Positions 21,976-33,043 of a stretch of 64,000 nucleotides of DNA are shown one piece after another. Both the position numbers and the translations under genes were made by a program. The notes under the pieces are model-generated. The model was not told the origin of the DNA. It saw only the letters and a program-made list of their open reading frames with translations, and made no database searches. The DNA is from Histomonas meleagridis 2922-C6/04-290x (Eukaryota > Protista > Parabasalia). The stretch is taken from NCBI GenBank assembly GCA_020184695.1, contig JAANOX010000096.1, forward strand, positions 1-64,000, written 5' to 3'. The stretch's first letter is position 1; each line of letters opens with the position of its first letter.

Positions 21976-24111
21976 TTACTGCATCAGTATGTTCCACGTC
22001 AGCTTCCTACTCTTCGGCCGCACGCACTGCGCGGGAAGGAGCGACGGCACATAAGTTCCCTCGTGCACCAAACGAAGCGCATTTTTCTTGTCGTCGCCCT
22101 TCACCAAGAACAGCACATTTTCCGCGTTGTTAATGACTCTTTTTCCCAAAGTTATTCGGTGCATATTCACTTGCGGCACGAAATGCGCAATGACTAATGA
22201 CTTCCCGTCGTTGCATGCACTAGTGCCGGGGAATAACGACGCAGTGTGCGCATCAGCTCCCATTCCGAGCACTATTACATCGAACTTCGGAGTAACTTCT
22301 TCATTTTCCAAATTAAAATGTTTCAAAATTTCATTTTTGTATTCATCTGCGGCAGTTTCCGGAAGAATTTCACCTTTCATTCGATGAACATTTTCATTTG
22401 GAACATTAATTCTATCAAATAGACATTCTTTGACCATTCGATAATTCGATTCTTTATCATCAGGTGGAACACAACGTTCATCTACGAAGAACCAATGTAT
22501 ATTATTCACATCAATTTTCTTAATATATTTCTCATTAGTTGATATCATACTAAATATTGGTTGTGGTGTATTACCTCCTGATATAGCTATATTACAACGA
22601 CCGTTTGACTTTAACGTTCTCTCTATAATTTGAACCAATAAATCTGCCGATGTAATCGTAAATTCCATTGAATTGGTGAAGTAGTTTTTAATTGAATTGA
22701 ATTTTGTTTTCCTTTTTAAATCGCCATAAGAAATGTTTAAACCTTTTGAATACTTTATAACAAAATATTCGTCTTTAAGTATCGGCTCGATAATTCTCCA
22801 CGAAGCTTCAATCTCATCAGAGCGCGGAAAGAACGACTGGTCACCGTTAATTGCGTCCAATATTACACGTTCATAAGCGCCTCTTAATGAATATTGGCCG
22901 AATATTTTGTTATACGAAAAACTTAACGGTATTTGTTGTGTTCTAAGTCCTAAACCCGGAACTTTGACATGTTGTTTTAATGTAATTCCTTCATTCGGCT
23001 GTATCTTTATCTTTAAAATGTTCGGCTTATTGATTATATTCTCATTAAATGTCTGATGAGGTACGTCATTAAAAATTAATTTGATTTTCGACGTCTTCTT
23101 TTTAAGACATTTCCCACTAATTATATAAAATGGTACTCCTTGCCAACGCCAATTATCAATGTAAAGACGTAACACTGCTAATGTTGGCGTAGTTGAATTA
23201 GGTTTAATTCCTTTATGTTCTTTATACCCATTATATTGTCCAAGAATTACATCAGAAGTTTCTATTTGACGAATAGCATTAAGAACTTTCATTTTCTCGT
23301 CACGAATTGTTTTGGGGTTTAAATTCGATGGAGGCTCCATCGCAATGATCGATAACATTTGAAGAAGATGATTTTGTATCATATCTCTAAGGACTGTTGA
23401 TGAATCATAATAACCAACACGTTTCCCAACATCGACTGATTCAGATACAACAATTTCAACATGTGAAATGTAATTACGATTCCATAATGGCTCCCAAATA
23501 GTATTACCCCATCGAATTGTGAAGATGTTCATTACCGTTTCTTTAGCAAGATAATGATCGATTCGATATATTTGTTCTTCATTAAAATTATTATGTATGA
23601 ATTCATTAAGTTCTTTCGCAGACTTTAAATTGATGCCAAAAGGTTTCTCAATGATAATACGTGTTGAATTAGACTTAGATATATCTAATTGTCCAAGATT
23701 ACTAATAATATTTTCGATTAATGTTGGTGGCGTTGCTAAATAAATTAAAACAATTTTATAATTTTCTTTGTTAAGTTCAATTGAAAGTGATTTATATGTA
23801 TTAATATCATTATAATCACCACAAATATATGTGAAACGCTTAAAAAATACATTTAATGCTTCACATGATATATTATCAATATTAGTATCAGGTGATATAC
23901 GTGAAAATTGTTTGATTCCATTCGAATATATCTCTTCTAATTCACCAACTTTAAAATTAGTTCGTGCAATTCCTATTATTTTTGTTTTCGGATGGAAATG
24001 TGTATAACATGAAATAGTTTCAATGCTTGGGATTAGCATTCGCATAGTTAAATCACCCGAAGCACCAAAAATGACAATACAAATCGGAGTCTCTGCTAAA
24101 TTCATTGTCAT
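21976..24111 (-). CDS. G6PD-6PGL: Glucose-6-phosphate dehydrogenase::6-phosphogluconolactonase fusion
   Basis: N-terminal GASGDL, EKPFG, RIDHYLAKE and DMIQNHLLQ. C-terminal 6PGL: IAISGGNTP, FFVDERCVPPDDKESNY, LGMGADAHTASLFP, RITL. Confidence 0.95.
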   Translation of the reverse strand: MTMNLAETPICIVIFGASGDLTMRMLIPSIETISCYTHFHPKTKIIGIARTNFKVGELEEIYSNGIKQFSRISPDTNIDNISCEALNVFFKRFTYICGDYNDINTYKSLSIELNKENYKIVLIYLATPPTLIENIISNLGQLDISKSNSTRIIIEKPFGINLKSAKELNEFIHNNFNEEQIYRIDHYLAKETVMNIFTIRWGNTIWEPLWNRNYISHVEIVVSESVDVGKRVGYYDSSTVLRDMIQNHLLQMLSIIAMEPPSNLNPKTIRDEKMKVLNAIRQIETSDVILGQYNGYKEHKGIKPNSTTPTLAVLRLYIDNWRWQGVPFYIISGKCLKKKTSKIKLIFNDVPHQTFNENIINKPNILKIKIQPNEGITLKQHVKVPGLGLRTQQIPLSFSYNKIFGQYSLRGAYERVILDAINGDQSFFPRSDEIEASWRIIEPILKDEYFVIKYSKGLNISYGDLKRKTKFNSIKNYFTNSMEFTITSADLLVQIIERTLKSNGRCNIAISGGNTPQPIFSMISTNEKYIKKIDVNNIHWFFVDERCVPPDDKESNYRMVKECLFDRINVPNENVHRMKGEILPETAADEYKNEILKHFNLENEEVTPKFDVIVLGMGADAHTASLFPGTSACNDGKSLVIAHFVPQVNMHRITLGKRVINNAENVLFLVKGDDKKNALRLVHEGTYVPSLLPAQCVRPKSRKLTWNILMQ

Positions 24112-24206
24112 AAATAATAATGAGGTGACGTGACACATATTTTCAAAGGAGCCGTCAGCGGTTGAATTTATTTGATCCGACTTTCATAAAATTTATCATT
24201 CAGCTA
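24112..24206. promoter_or_regulatory. 95-bp bidirectional promoter with an Inr on each strand
   Basis: TCATT at 24123-24119 (minus, just before the G6PD ATG) and at 24196-24200 (plus, just before the 6PGD ATG). TCAYT is the known trichomonad initiator. Confidence 0.65.
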
Positions 24207-25595
24207 ATGTGCGCTGATATTTGTGTCTCTGGACTCGGTGTCATGGGTAGTAACATTGCTCGTAACATTGCCAGGAATGGATTTAATGTTATAATACATA
24301 ATAGATCATATGCTAAAACTCAAGCATTACTTGATTTAAAAGAAGGAAATATGATACCTTGTAAAACAATTGAAGAAATAGTATTAAAATTAAAAAGGCC
24401 AAGAATTGTACTCATTATGATCACTGCTGAATTCGTAGATCAAGTTTTGGATGAGTTTTTAAATGTTCTGGAGCCTGGTGATATAATCATTGATGGCGGA
24501 AACTCTTATTGGAAAGATACTAATCGAAGATTAGCTAAATCTGAAGGAACTGGAATTCATTTCGTTGGAATGGGAATCTCTGGTGGTGAAGAAGGAGCTC
24601 TGAATGGACCTTCAATGATGTTCGGTGGATCAAAATATGCATGGGATATAGTTAAAGATATTCTAATTCCAATTTCAGCTAAAGCTTCGGATGGTTCTCC
24701 TTGCGTCGATTACATTGGTACAGGTTCTGCTGGACATTTTGTTAAGATGGTTCATAATGCTATCGAATATGCCGATATGCAATTGATAGCTGAAACTTAT
24801 CATATACTCAAAAATAAGTATCAACTTGATAATGAGAAAATCGCAGACCTTTTCGGAAAGTGGAATCAAGGTCTTCTTAAGTCTTATCTCATCGAAATCA
24901 CCGAGAAAGTAATACGGAAGAAAGAATCTGATGGAAAATATCTATTAGATCTAATTGTGGATAGAGCAAATCAAAAAGGGACTGGAAAATGGGCTGCGCA
25001 AGATTCGTTTGACTTCGGAATCCCTGCGCCAGCATTTAGTGAAGCAGTTGCAGCACGATCAATTTCATTCATGAAGGAAGAACGTGTTTGCGCATCGAAA
25101 GTAATCAAAAACCAGAAAATCAATGACATATCGTTCGAATTAACGTTCGACGAAATGGAAGATGCTCTTTATGCTTCAAAGATCGTTTGTTATGCACAGG
25201 GACTTGCGCTCATTAAGGCAGCTAGTGAAAAGTTTGGATATGGCGTAAATATCTCTGCTTGCGCTAGGATTTGGCGTGGTGGATGTATAATAAGAGCAGC
25301 TTTCTTGAGGGTAATTGCTGAGCATTATACGGAAGATACAAAGAATTTGCTTATGGTTCCCCACTTTAGAAATGCTGTTGAAGAGAGAATTGCATCCTGG
25401 AGAAAGATTGTCGCGCTTGGAGCACTTGGTGGATTTCCAATTCCACTGTTTTCATCAACATTAACTTACTTCGATTCATACCGTAGTGATCTTCTTCCTG
25501 CAAATCTTCTTCAAGGGTTACGTGACTGCTTCGGTGCTCACACTTATGAAAGATTTGATAAGCCAGGAAACTTCCATACAGAATGGGAAAAATAA
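24207..25595 (+). CDS. gnd: 6-phosphogluconate dehydrogenase (decarboxylating)
   Basis: GLGVMG, IDGGNS, GMGISGGEEGALNGPSMMFGG, GHFVKMVHNAIEY, KGTGKW, IWRGGCIIRA, QGLRDCFGAHTYER. Confidence 0.97.
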   Translation: MCADICVSGLGVMGSNIARNIARNGFNVIIHNRSYAKTQALLDLKEGNMIPCKTIEEIVLKLKRPRIVLIMITAEFVDQVLDEFLNVLEPGDIIIDGGNSYWKDTNRRLAKSEGTGIHFVGMGISGGEEGALNGPSMMFGGSKYAWDIVKDILIPISAKASDGSPCVDYIGTGSAGHFVKMVHNAIEYADMQLIAETYHILKNKYQLDNEKIADLFGKWNQGLLKSYLIEITEKVIRKKESDGKYLLDLIVDRANQKGTGKWAAQDSFDFGIPAPAFSEAVAARSISFMKEERVCASKVIKNQKINDISFELTFDEMEDALYASKIVCYAQGLALIKAASEKFGYGVNISACARIWRGGCIIRAAFLRVIAEHYTEDTKNLLMVPHFRNAVEERIASWRKIVALGALGGFPIPLFSSTLTYFDSYRSDLLPANLLQGLRDCFGAHTYERFDKPGNFHTEWEK

Positions 25596-26060
25596 AATTT
25601 GATTAACCTCAAGGCTTTGTTGTAAAGAACTGCTTTCTGTTGTGTTTACTGATCAGTAAAGTTATTTTGATATATGAAATATTAACTTTTCGAAAAGTTT
25701 TGTTGCAACAAAATAAACGGACTTTGGTATACACAAACCTCTTTTTTTGAGAGAACCCATGAGGTCATTTAAAAAGTGGTTTATATGTCAGGTGCCACAA
25801 TTAGGAATGTGATGAAATGAATGGAATTTGTGTTTGAAATGATCGAAAACCACTAACTTCTCAACCAAATATCTTCTCAATAAAAATACAGAATAAATTC
25901 TCATGAAATATTAATAATTTTGAATATAATTGATATATTTTACTTAACCTTAGATATAACATGTATTTTATTATAAGTGTCTAACTATTTCACGAAATTG
26001 AACAAAAAATTTTTCCAGACACCTCCCAAATGGTGATTTGATTTTAGAATTGGTTTGCGT

Positions 26061-26213
26061 TCAAAATAATAAAAATAAATTTTAAATAAAACAAATGAAT
26101 ATCTTTAGCATTAATATCAATTCCTTATTTTTCAAGAAGTAATTTGACTATTTTTGTATGATCTTTTTCAGATGCTAACATAAGTACTATATTAAATAAT
26201 TTAAATAATTTCC
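26061..26213 (-). pseudogene. Solo ankyrin fragment with three 17-nt elements
   Basis: gga [26210-26194] aat IVLMLASEKDHTKIVKLLLEK*GIDINAKD [26100-26084] aaa [26080-26064]. Confidence 0.7.
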
Positions 26214-27140
26214 ATGTGTTATTTTGTTATTTTTGCATCTCAATTTCCCATTGTTTAAACCTCACTTATTCTTTTTTTGACTTTATTCAACTCTTATCAT
26301 CATTTTTTTTGATTCTTTGCTCACCAAATTGTGGCGAATTCAATTTCCCACAAATTTTGGAGATAGTTCTCAGCCTTCTATGGTTGGTATCCAATAATAT
26401 CATAAATATAATAATCTTTATATTAGATAAAATAAGTTTTCGAAATGGGAAACTTCGGCTAGCCGATTCCCATTTTAGAAAAGCATCTAATAGAGACCCT
26501 GTCATCTCATGTTTTTGACCTTTTCTGTTGTTTTTAAAAATTATAATTTTTAAAATTAACACAAAAACCAATTTTCTCACTCCCAATATTTTTCTATTAT
26601 ACTGTTAACTTTTTATAATTTAATCTCTATATTCCAATGAGTTTATTACAAAAAATTTCTTAATGTTTGCGGGGCATAGCGAAGCAAACAGCGCAAAGCG
26701 CATTCTTGATATTCAGAATAAGAATTTAGTCAATTATTTTTATGAAAATACATTTTCAATTTATGACATCCAACATTAATATTTTTATGTCTTTTAATGA
26801 GGAATTAGCTAAGCTTTCTATTTGAGTTTTAGTTCCTTTTTTCATGTTACAGTAGCGGTTATTTTCATATCACCAATTTTATGATAACCGCCGTTTTTAT
26901 TGTGTTTATACTTTTTTAATGTTATAACAGAACAAATAATTATTTTATATCCATAAAAAAACTTGACCCAATTTTTTTTAATTCTTAATATCAAAGAAAT
27001 TTTAATATAATTCGAGAATATAGAGATATTATAAATTTTTGCATTTTGTGATTTTGAGTTCATATCTGGTCACCGAGCCTAAGCAAAGAATTGTAAACAC
27101 ATAGAAAAAGCGCTTACAAAACGCGTTTGGGGAATTTTTT

Positions 27141-30100
27141 ATGAAAGAATCAGTCACTATTAAGAAGCTCGCCCCTCAATTAGCTGCGACAGGTGTGCTT
27201 TATTTGCTTAGAGATATAAATGCACCAGAATTAGTTTTTTTAGAATTATCAGATCAATATATACCTCTTCTTCAAAATGAACCTTTTCAGAAAGAAATTT
27301 CGCAAATGATTTCAAGGATTATTGGAATGACAAAAGATGATTGTTTCCTTTATTTTAATGCCATTAAAAGTATTATTTTATCCTTATCTTCAGAAAAGTC
27401 ATTTCCAGAAACGCTCAACCAACTTGTGGAGTTATTATATGATTCTTTAGTTTTTACATGTCAAATTACTGATCCAAATTATACATATCACCAACGTTCA
27501 TTAACAACACCAGAAACAACTTTTCCAGAGTCGTTCTTTCCATACATTGACATTTATCTCGAACTTGTTTATCAACTCGTTTTGTTACAAAAAAGTTTTA
27601 ATTTTTCACAATTGTCTCCTAAAAATCATACAATATTTGGTGATCTTCTTTTACATGTTACTAACGATCCAAATCTTTCACGTTATGATGGTAAAATTTA
27701 TTCATTTTTATCAATTGATCCAGAATGGCGTACTGTCATATTAAATCGAATTCAAAGTTTACTTAGCGGCAACAAACAATCACGGAAAGCCTTAGCACCT
27801 TTTCTACATAACTTACGTTTATTAAGATCTGTTGAACAAGAAACCATTAATCAATTAACATCATCTGATTCAAAGTCTCTTGATTTTGAAACGCAATGTG
27901 AATATCTTAAATTTGTTTCTAAGACCATTATTTCGTCCAATATCAAATCCATCAACCCAAAGTTCTTCAAATTAGTATGTAAACTATGCAATCCGAAGCA
28001 AAAGAAAATTGACCATCGAACGTTAAAATCGGCGTTTGTTATCGTTTCGGTCACCTCGGAGACCGTTAAGCCCGACAAAATTCTACAATTTATAAAAAAC
28101 ATATTTAAACTTGATCCATTACAAACTTCCAAACTTTTAGTTAAATCTTATAAATTAGTTTGTCCTAATAAATTAACCACATCATTATTTCTCAAAGAAG
28201 TACATCAAAATTTATTTAAGAAATCCAAATTATTAATATTTCCCGAAATCTATTTAGAACATTTAAATAATTTTTGTGACTTATATTTATATGCAGCTAA
28301 AGATGATTTAAAGACTGTATTTGCATTCTTAAATAGTATTGCAACTACAGCACCACAATTCATAGATAATCAAACATCATTAGTATTTTTGATTAAAATG
28401 ATAAATAAGATATATACTATATCAGAAGCAACTTCAGCAGATTTAATTACAATTATATCCACAAACATTAAATCATTTTTCTTAGCAAAAGCAACAAAGC
28501 CTTTACTTATTGAAATGATGTATTTAATACCAATTTTATGGAAACATTCGAAAGATGCTCAAAGTTTATTACCACATTTAATAAAAGATGCAAATGAACT
28601 TAATGACATTGATTTATTAATAGCAGCAACTAATGGTTATACGGAACTTATGCAAAAGAATTCTATTCAAGAATTATTAGCAGATTTAACAATGAATATA
28701 CCAATTAATTTAGTATCACATATGAATCCTAAAATCAAAATCGATCAAGTTATACAAATCATTGAAACATTAATAAAATATTTCACAATCCTTAAGAAAT
28801 TAGAAGGTGAAAATGTTATTAATATTAATCATTTATTATTAACAATAGAAAGTAAAATATTTCCATTTATATTTATTAAATCTAAGAAAATGTATACATC
28901 ATTACATCAATTATTTATATTATTTAATCGATTATCGAATAAATTTAAGTTATCGAATTATTTCATTGATAATCAACAAAAAACAAATTCATTCACTAAT
29001 TGTATAAAAGAAAATGAAGAATGGTTTATTAATATATTTGTTGAAAGTGCCGACTTTTGGATACAAATGGATCGTTATCAAAATCAAGAATATACAAATA
29101 CATTTTTAAAGGCATTATATCAATTAACACGATCGAAGAATATTAATAATGAGCCATTAAAGATCACAAAATTATTTTTATTTGCATCACTTGAATATAT
29201 GTATCGATGGAAATATAATGAAATTCAACAATATATTCAAATGTTAGATCCATCGAATTGGGATTTATTATTTGAAGTATATGAAGAATTAAATGTTAAA
29301 TATAATGGACAACCAATACAATACTTTTTATATATTCAAAACGCAATTATTTCACATCGTAAATTTAAATATTATAATTTTAATGATCAAAAAGATATAT
29401 TTTTGCCAACAATTCAAAACTATTTAAAGTTAAAAAGATTAAGATTCGAACGTGATATACCAATAGATAAAATGTCATTAAATGTATGTTCAACTTATCT
29501 TAGAATCCATCCGGAAAAAATCGAAGAATTAAAACAAACGAAAGAAGATATAATTGGATTCTTAATGCAGAAAGTTAATCCTAAAGAAATATTTGTTATT
29601 GATGAACAATTCTTATTCGCGAGTTTAGATTTATTTTCGGCGATATTAAAACATCAATTAATTGATGATAATAAACGAATTGAAGAAATAATGAATTATA
29701 TAATACAATTCTCCGAAAAATCGTCAATCGATTCGATAATTCAATATATTATTTCTGATTGTATTTCTTGTTTATTTGCTAATAATAAAAATGGTCGATC
29801 TATAATAATTCGATCTTCATTATCTTCAAGAAGATCACAAATTTTAGGTAATGCGATACTTAAAAGTAATGTCGAATTCACACGTATGGAACTTACGCAA
29901 TTATTTGTTTTAGGAATGTCAATATTTAATATTGAGCCAAACTTTGGGATTAATGTCGCAAAGTTATTATTAAAGGATAAATTAGAAATAAACCCATTTA
30001 GTAAATATGATATCGAAACAGAACATAAAATTTGGGAACAAATCGAACAAAATCTTTCGGATGAAGAAATCGATGTATACTTCGAAATGTTAGAAATTTG

Positions 30101-31718
30101 TATTAATTCATTACAAAGAGAACCGAAAGTTCCATTATTCTTTACATATTTCTTAGAGAAAGATTTGAATCGATCTGATTTCGAACCTCTTTTCACTATA
30201 TTTTCGACAACTTCTTATAAAAATGTGTCGAATTTATTGCCATTAGTTAAAGTGTTTGATAATTTATTCCAAAATTGTTCTGATACTATAAATGAAATGT
30301 TAGATTTCATGTTCCAAAATGATAATAATTATAAATCAACTTCATTCATTACAAACATTATGTTCAAATCTTATCCAGAAGAAGTATCGAAATATCTTAA
30401 ATCGAAATTAAAGTTTTTATATTTAATAAATTCAGAAGAAATTTGGGAATCATTCGATAACTATAATGACATTACAGCAGTATCTTGTTTAAGTATGATA
30501 TTTGCATTACATATGAACTCATTAAAATATTTCGATGATGTTTTGCCTCAAATGATATTATATTCATTATATTTACAATCGAAAAATATAGTTAAAAACG
30601 ATATTCCAATTCTTTGTCATACTTTAATATATCAAATGGAAGGAAATTTAAACGAATATTTCCAAAATAGTAAATTCATAACAACCGAAGCGTGTCGTAA
30701 AGTATTCGAACTCCTTAAGAAAAATAGCATTGAAAAAGCTGAAGTTTTTGAATCGCTTTGTATGCCTTCAAAAATTTCTTCAATTTGTTTCTATATAATT
30801 AAAAGTGTATCAATATTATTCAGTTCGAATTCCTTGACGAAATTAATCCAAAATTCGATTAATTTCATTCGGCATGATAACGTTAATAATTTTTTGCAAA
30901 TCTTACCATCAATATTTATACATTTAAAGTATCTGAAACATGAAAAAGCTAATCTATACATTGAACTAGTATTACAATTTATGTATGAAAACAAGGATCA
31001 ACGTTTGATGTTAACATTATCAAATAATTTATCAATTTTGGAAAGTAATCAAACAGACAATTTATATAACATAGACAACAAAATAATACTAAATACGGCC
31101 TTATCATCCTTGTTATTAGTAGAATCTACTCAAAGTTTATTATATTTATCGACAATTAAATTCCTCAAAAAAATCAGTAACTATTCATCCAACAAAGAGC
31201 TGATCTTAAACACAGCCTCAATCTTAGAAGATCTCTGTCTCATCCAAAACAATGAAATAAAGATTTCGACATTCATTGAAAACTTAACACAAAACATATC
31301 AAATGACATATCCTTAGACCTCTTAACGTTCCTGATCATCCTTTCATCATCAAACATCGTGAACGAATCGAATTTCAGATTGAATATTGTGTCATATGTT
31401 TGTTGTTTGTTTGATAGATTGAATGTTAACATCGATGTCGCGCAGTTTCTGTACATTAGTACGTTCATAAGCGATAAAGAGATATCGATGAAGTATGCGA
31501 AGCTGTTGGCGAAGGTCATCGTCAATAACAACGAGCTGGACATCGACTTCATGGACGTGCTGATATACTTCTTCCCGACAATAGTCTTCTACGACCAAAA
31601 TACGAACGAGGAATTTTATGTGGTGTCGCCGGAATTTTACCAAATGCCGCAGTGGAAAGGGCTCCCGAAGCCATTGGAGGAGAGGCTCGAAAGCATCGAC
31701 GAAAATTGGAATGACTAA
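27141..31718 (+). CDS. Large Leu/Ile-rich, probably alpha-solenoid (HEAT/ARM-like) hypothetical protein, 1525 aa
   Basis: Uninterrupted 4.6-kb ORF in very AT-rich DNA; helical amphipathic pattern; no family recognised. Confidence 0.75.
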   Translation: MKESVTIKKLAPQLAATGVLYLLRDINAPELVFLELSDQYIPLLQNEPFQKEISQMISRIIGMTKDDCFLYFNAIKSIILSLSSEKSFPETLNQLVELLYDSLVFTCQITDPNYTYHQRSLTTPETTFPESFFPYIDIYLELVYQLVLLQKSFNFSQLSPKNHTIFGDLLLHVTNDPNLSRYDGKIYSFLSIDPEWRTVILNRIQSLLSGNKQSRKALAPFLHNLRLLRSVEQETINQLTSSDSKSLDFETQCEYLKFVSKTIISSNIKSINPKFFKLVCKLCNPKQKKIDHRTLKSAFVIVSVTSETVKPDKILQFIKNIFKLDPLQTSKLLVKSYKLVCPNKLTTSLFLKEVHQNLFKKSKLLIFPEIYLEHLNNFCDLYLYAAKDDLKTVFAFLNSIATTAPQFIDNQTSLVFLIKMINKIYTISEATSADLITIISTNIKSFFLAKATKPLLIEMMYLIPILWKHSKDAQSLLPHLIKDANELNDIDLLIAATNGYTELMQKNSIQELLADLTMNIPINLVSHMNPKIKIDQVIQIIETLIKYFTILKKLEGENVININHLLLTIESKIFPFIFIKSKKMYTSLHQLFILFNRLSNKFKLSNYFIDNQQKTNSFTNCIKENEEWFINIFVESADFWIQMDRYQNQEYTNTFLKALYQLTRSKNINNEPLKITKLFLFASLEYMYRWKYNEIQQYIQMLDPSNWDLLFEVYEELNVKYNGQPIQYFLYIQNAIISHRKFKYYNFNDQKDIFLPTIQNYLKLKRLRFERDIPIDKMSLNVCSTYLRIHPEKIEELKQTKEDIIGFLMQKVNPKEIFVIDEQFLFASLDLFSAILKHQLIDDNKRIEEIMNYIIQFSEKSSIDSIIQYIISDCISCLFANNKNGRSIIIRSSLSSRRSQILGNAILKSNVEFTRMELTQLFVLGMSIFNIEPNFGINVAKLLLKDKLEINPFSKYDIETEHKIWEQIEQNLSDEEIDVYFEMLEICINSLQREPKVPLFFTYFLEKDLNRSDFEPLFTIFSTTSYKNVSNLLPLVKVFDNLFQNCSDTINEMLDFMFQNDNNYKSTSFITNIMFKSYPEEVSKYLKSKLKFLYLINSEEIWESFDNYNDITAVSCLSMIFALHMNSLKYFDDVLPQMILYSLYLQSKNIVKNDIPILCHTLIYQMEGNLNEYFQNSKFITTEACRKVFELLKKNSIEKAEVFESLCMPSKISSICFYIIKSVSILFSSNSLTKLIQNSINFIRHDNVNNFLQILPSIFIHLKYLKHEKANLYIELVLQFMYENKDQRLMLTLSNNLSILESNQTDNLYNIDNKIILNTALSSLLLVESTQSLLYLSTIKFLKKISNYSSNKELILNTASILEDLCLIQNNEIKISTFIENLTQNISNDISLDLLTFLIILSSSNIVNESNFRLNIVSYVCCLFDRLNVNIDVAQFLYISTFISDKEISMKYAKLLAKVIVNNNELDIDFMDVLIYFFPTIVFYDQNTNEEFYVVSPEFYQMPQWKGLPKPLEERLESIDENWND

Positions 31719-31945
31719 AGAGAAATTTTATTTATTTTTTGGAATGATTAATCAATTAACGGTCGAATCCGGCTTAACGTTAAACGGTCGCATAAAGAGA
31801 AGCTAAAAAACAAAAGCAGATCAAAAGAATCCACATTGCAAAAATACATTCAACAAGTTTATCAGTCAATAATAATGTTAATATTATACAAAACATTCAA
31901 GTTAATCTAAATATTCGAACAAGATCAAATGTTGGAACAAGTCTA

Positions 31946-32442
31946 ATGAAGCAAACTCATGTAAAAAACATACCAAAGATATATCCATATCTTAATGAAA
32001 TTGTTGAAAATGTATATAGAAGTCCAAAAAAAAAAAGATGGACTGCAGGTGAACGAATTTTATGTTCAATGGTTTATCCTCCATCGTCCTATTCAATTTT
32101 CACAGAGCAAATGCCCCTTCCAGCAATTTCAACACTCCATAAAGTACTAAGTTCTGAAATTTTGAATTAGGAAATTTCTGGAAAAGAACAAAATAATAAT
32201 AATAATACTATATGCAGCACAAAAGACATTACTTTGAATCCATCTTCTCAATCAAATATACGAGGAAGACAAGAAATGGATCAATATGGAAGAAAATATT
32301 GTGCTTGGACAAAAAAAGAAGAAAAAAACTCAAAGATTTAAACAGCGACTTTGGTTGTGATCTCAATAAATTAATGAAATATTTTCCTGATCGCTCTCCA
32401 GAGTCAATAAAAAAGAAAATAACAAGAATGAACGTTAAGTAA
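31946..32442 (+). mobile_element. Degenerate transposase-like relic (P-element/THAP-type N-terminus) plus Myb-like fragment
   Basis: RWTAGERILCSMVYPPSSYSIFTEQMPLPAISTLHKVL resembles the R.S..L..SP.AY..L..LPS..TL segment of P-element transposases. LMKYFPDRSPESIKKK resembles a SANT/Myb helix. Broken by stops. Confidence 0.35.
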
Positions 32443-33043
32443 AATTTCTAACTTTACTCCCCATTTTTTTGTGAGAATAATATGTTGGAACCACTCTGTA
32501 TCTTTTTAAGGAGTTCTCAATTTTCTGAAGCTTATTGCGCATTAGTTTTTTCGCTTGTGGATGTGGGGGTATTTCATTATACCTGTTTTAAAAAATTTGA
32601 AAACATTTCTCTGCTGTCACACATAAAGAACTAATTAATGGTATATATGAAATTTTGTAATATATTATACAGAGCAAAATAGAGTAGAGTTGGAAGATTT
32701 GGCAAAACAGCGGTACAAAGAGGAAACTTAGTTAACCTAAAAAAAATAATGTCACTATAAATATATTTTAATTCAATTACTTCCTATTTACATTAAATGA
32801 AACAATTAATCGTTGAATTTATCTTTTTTAGTTATAAATATGGAAGATTTTTTTATTCGGAAAAACCAATGTTTACCAAAAAAGGAAAATCTAAAGTATA
32901 TTATGCATACTTAAGTATGTTTTTCCAATATATTTAATCAAATAATATGATTTACAAATATAGTGTTTATATTGTAAATACTGTGTTTTCTATTATATAT
33001 GTATTTTGATTCTAACTTCTTGTTGTTATTTTTTTTAAATTTG

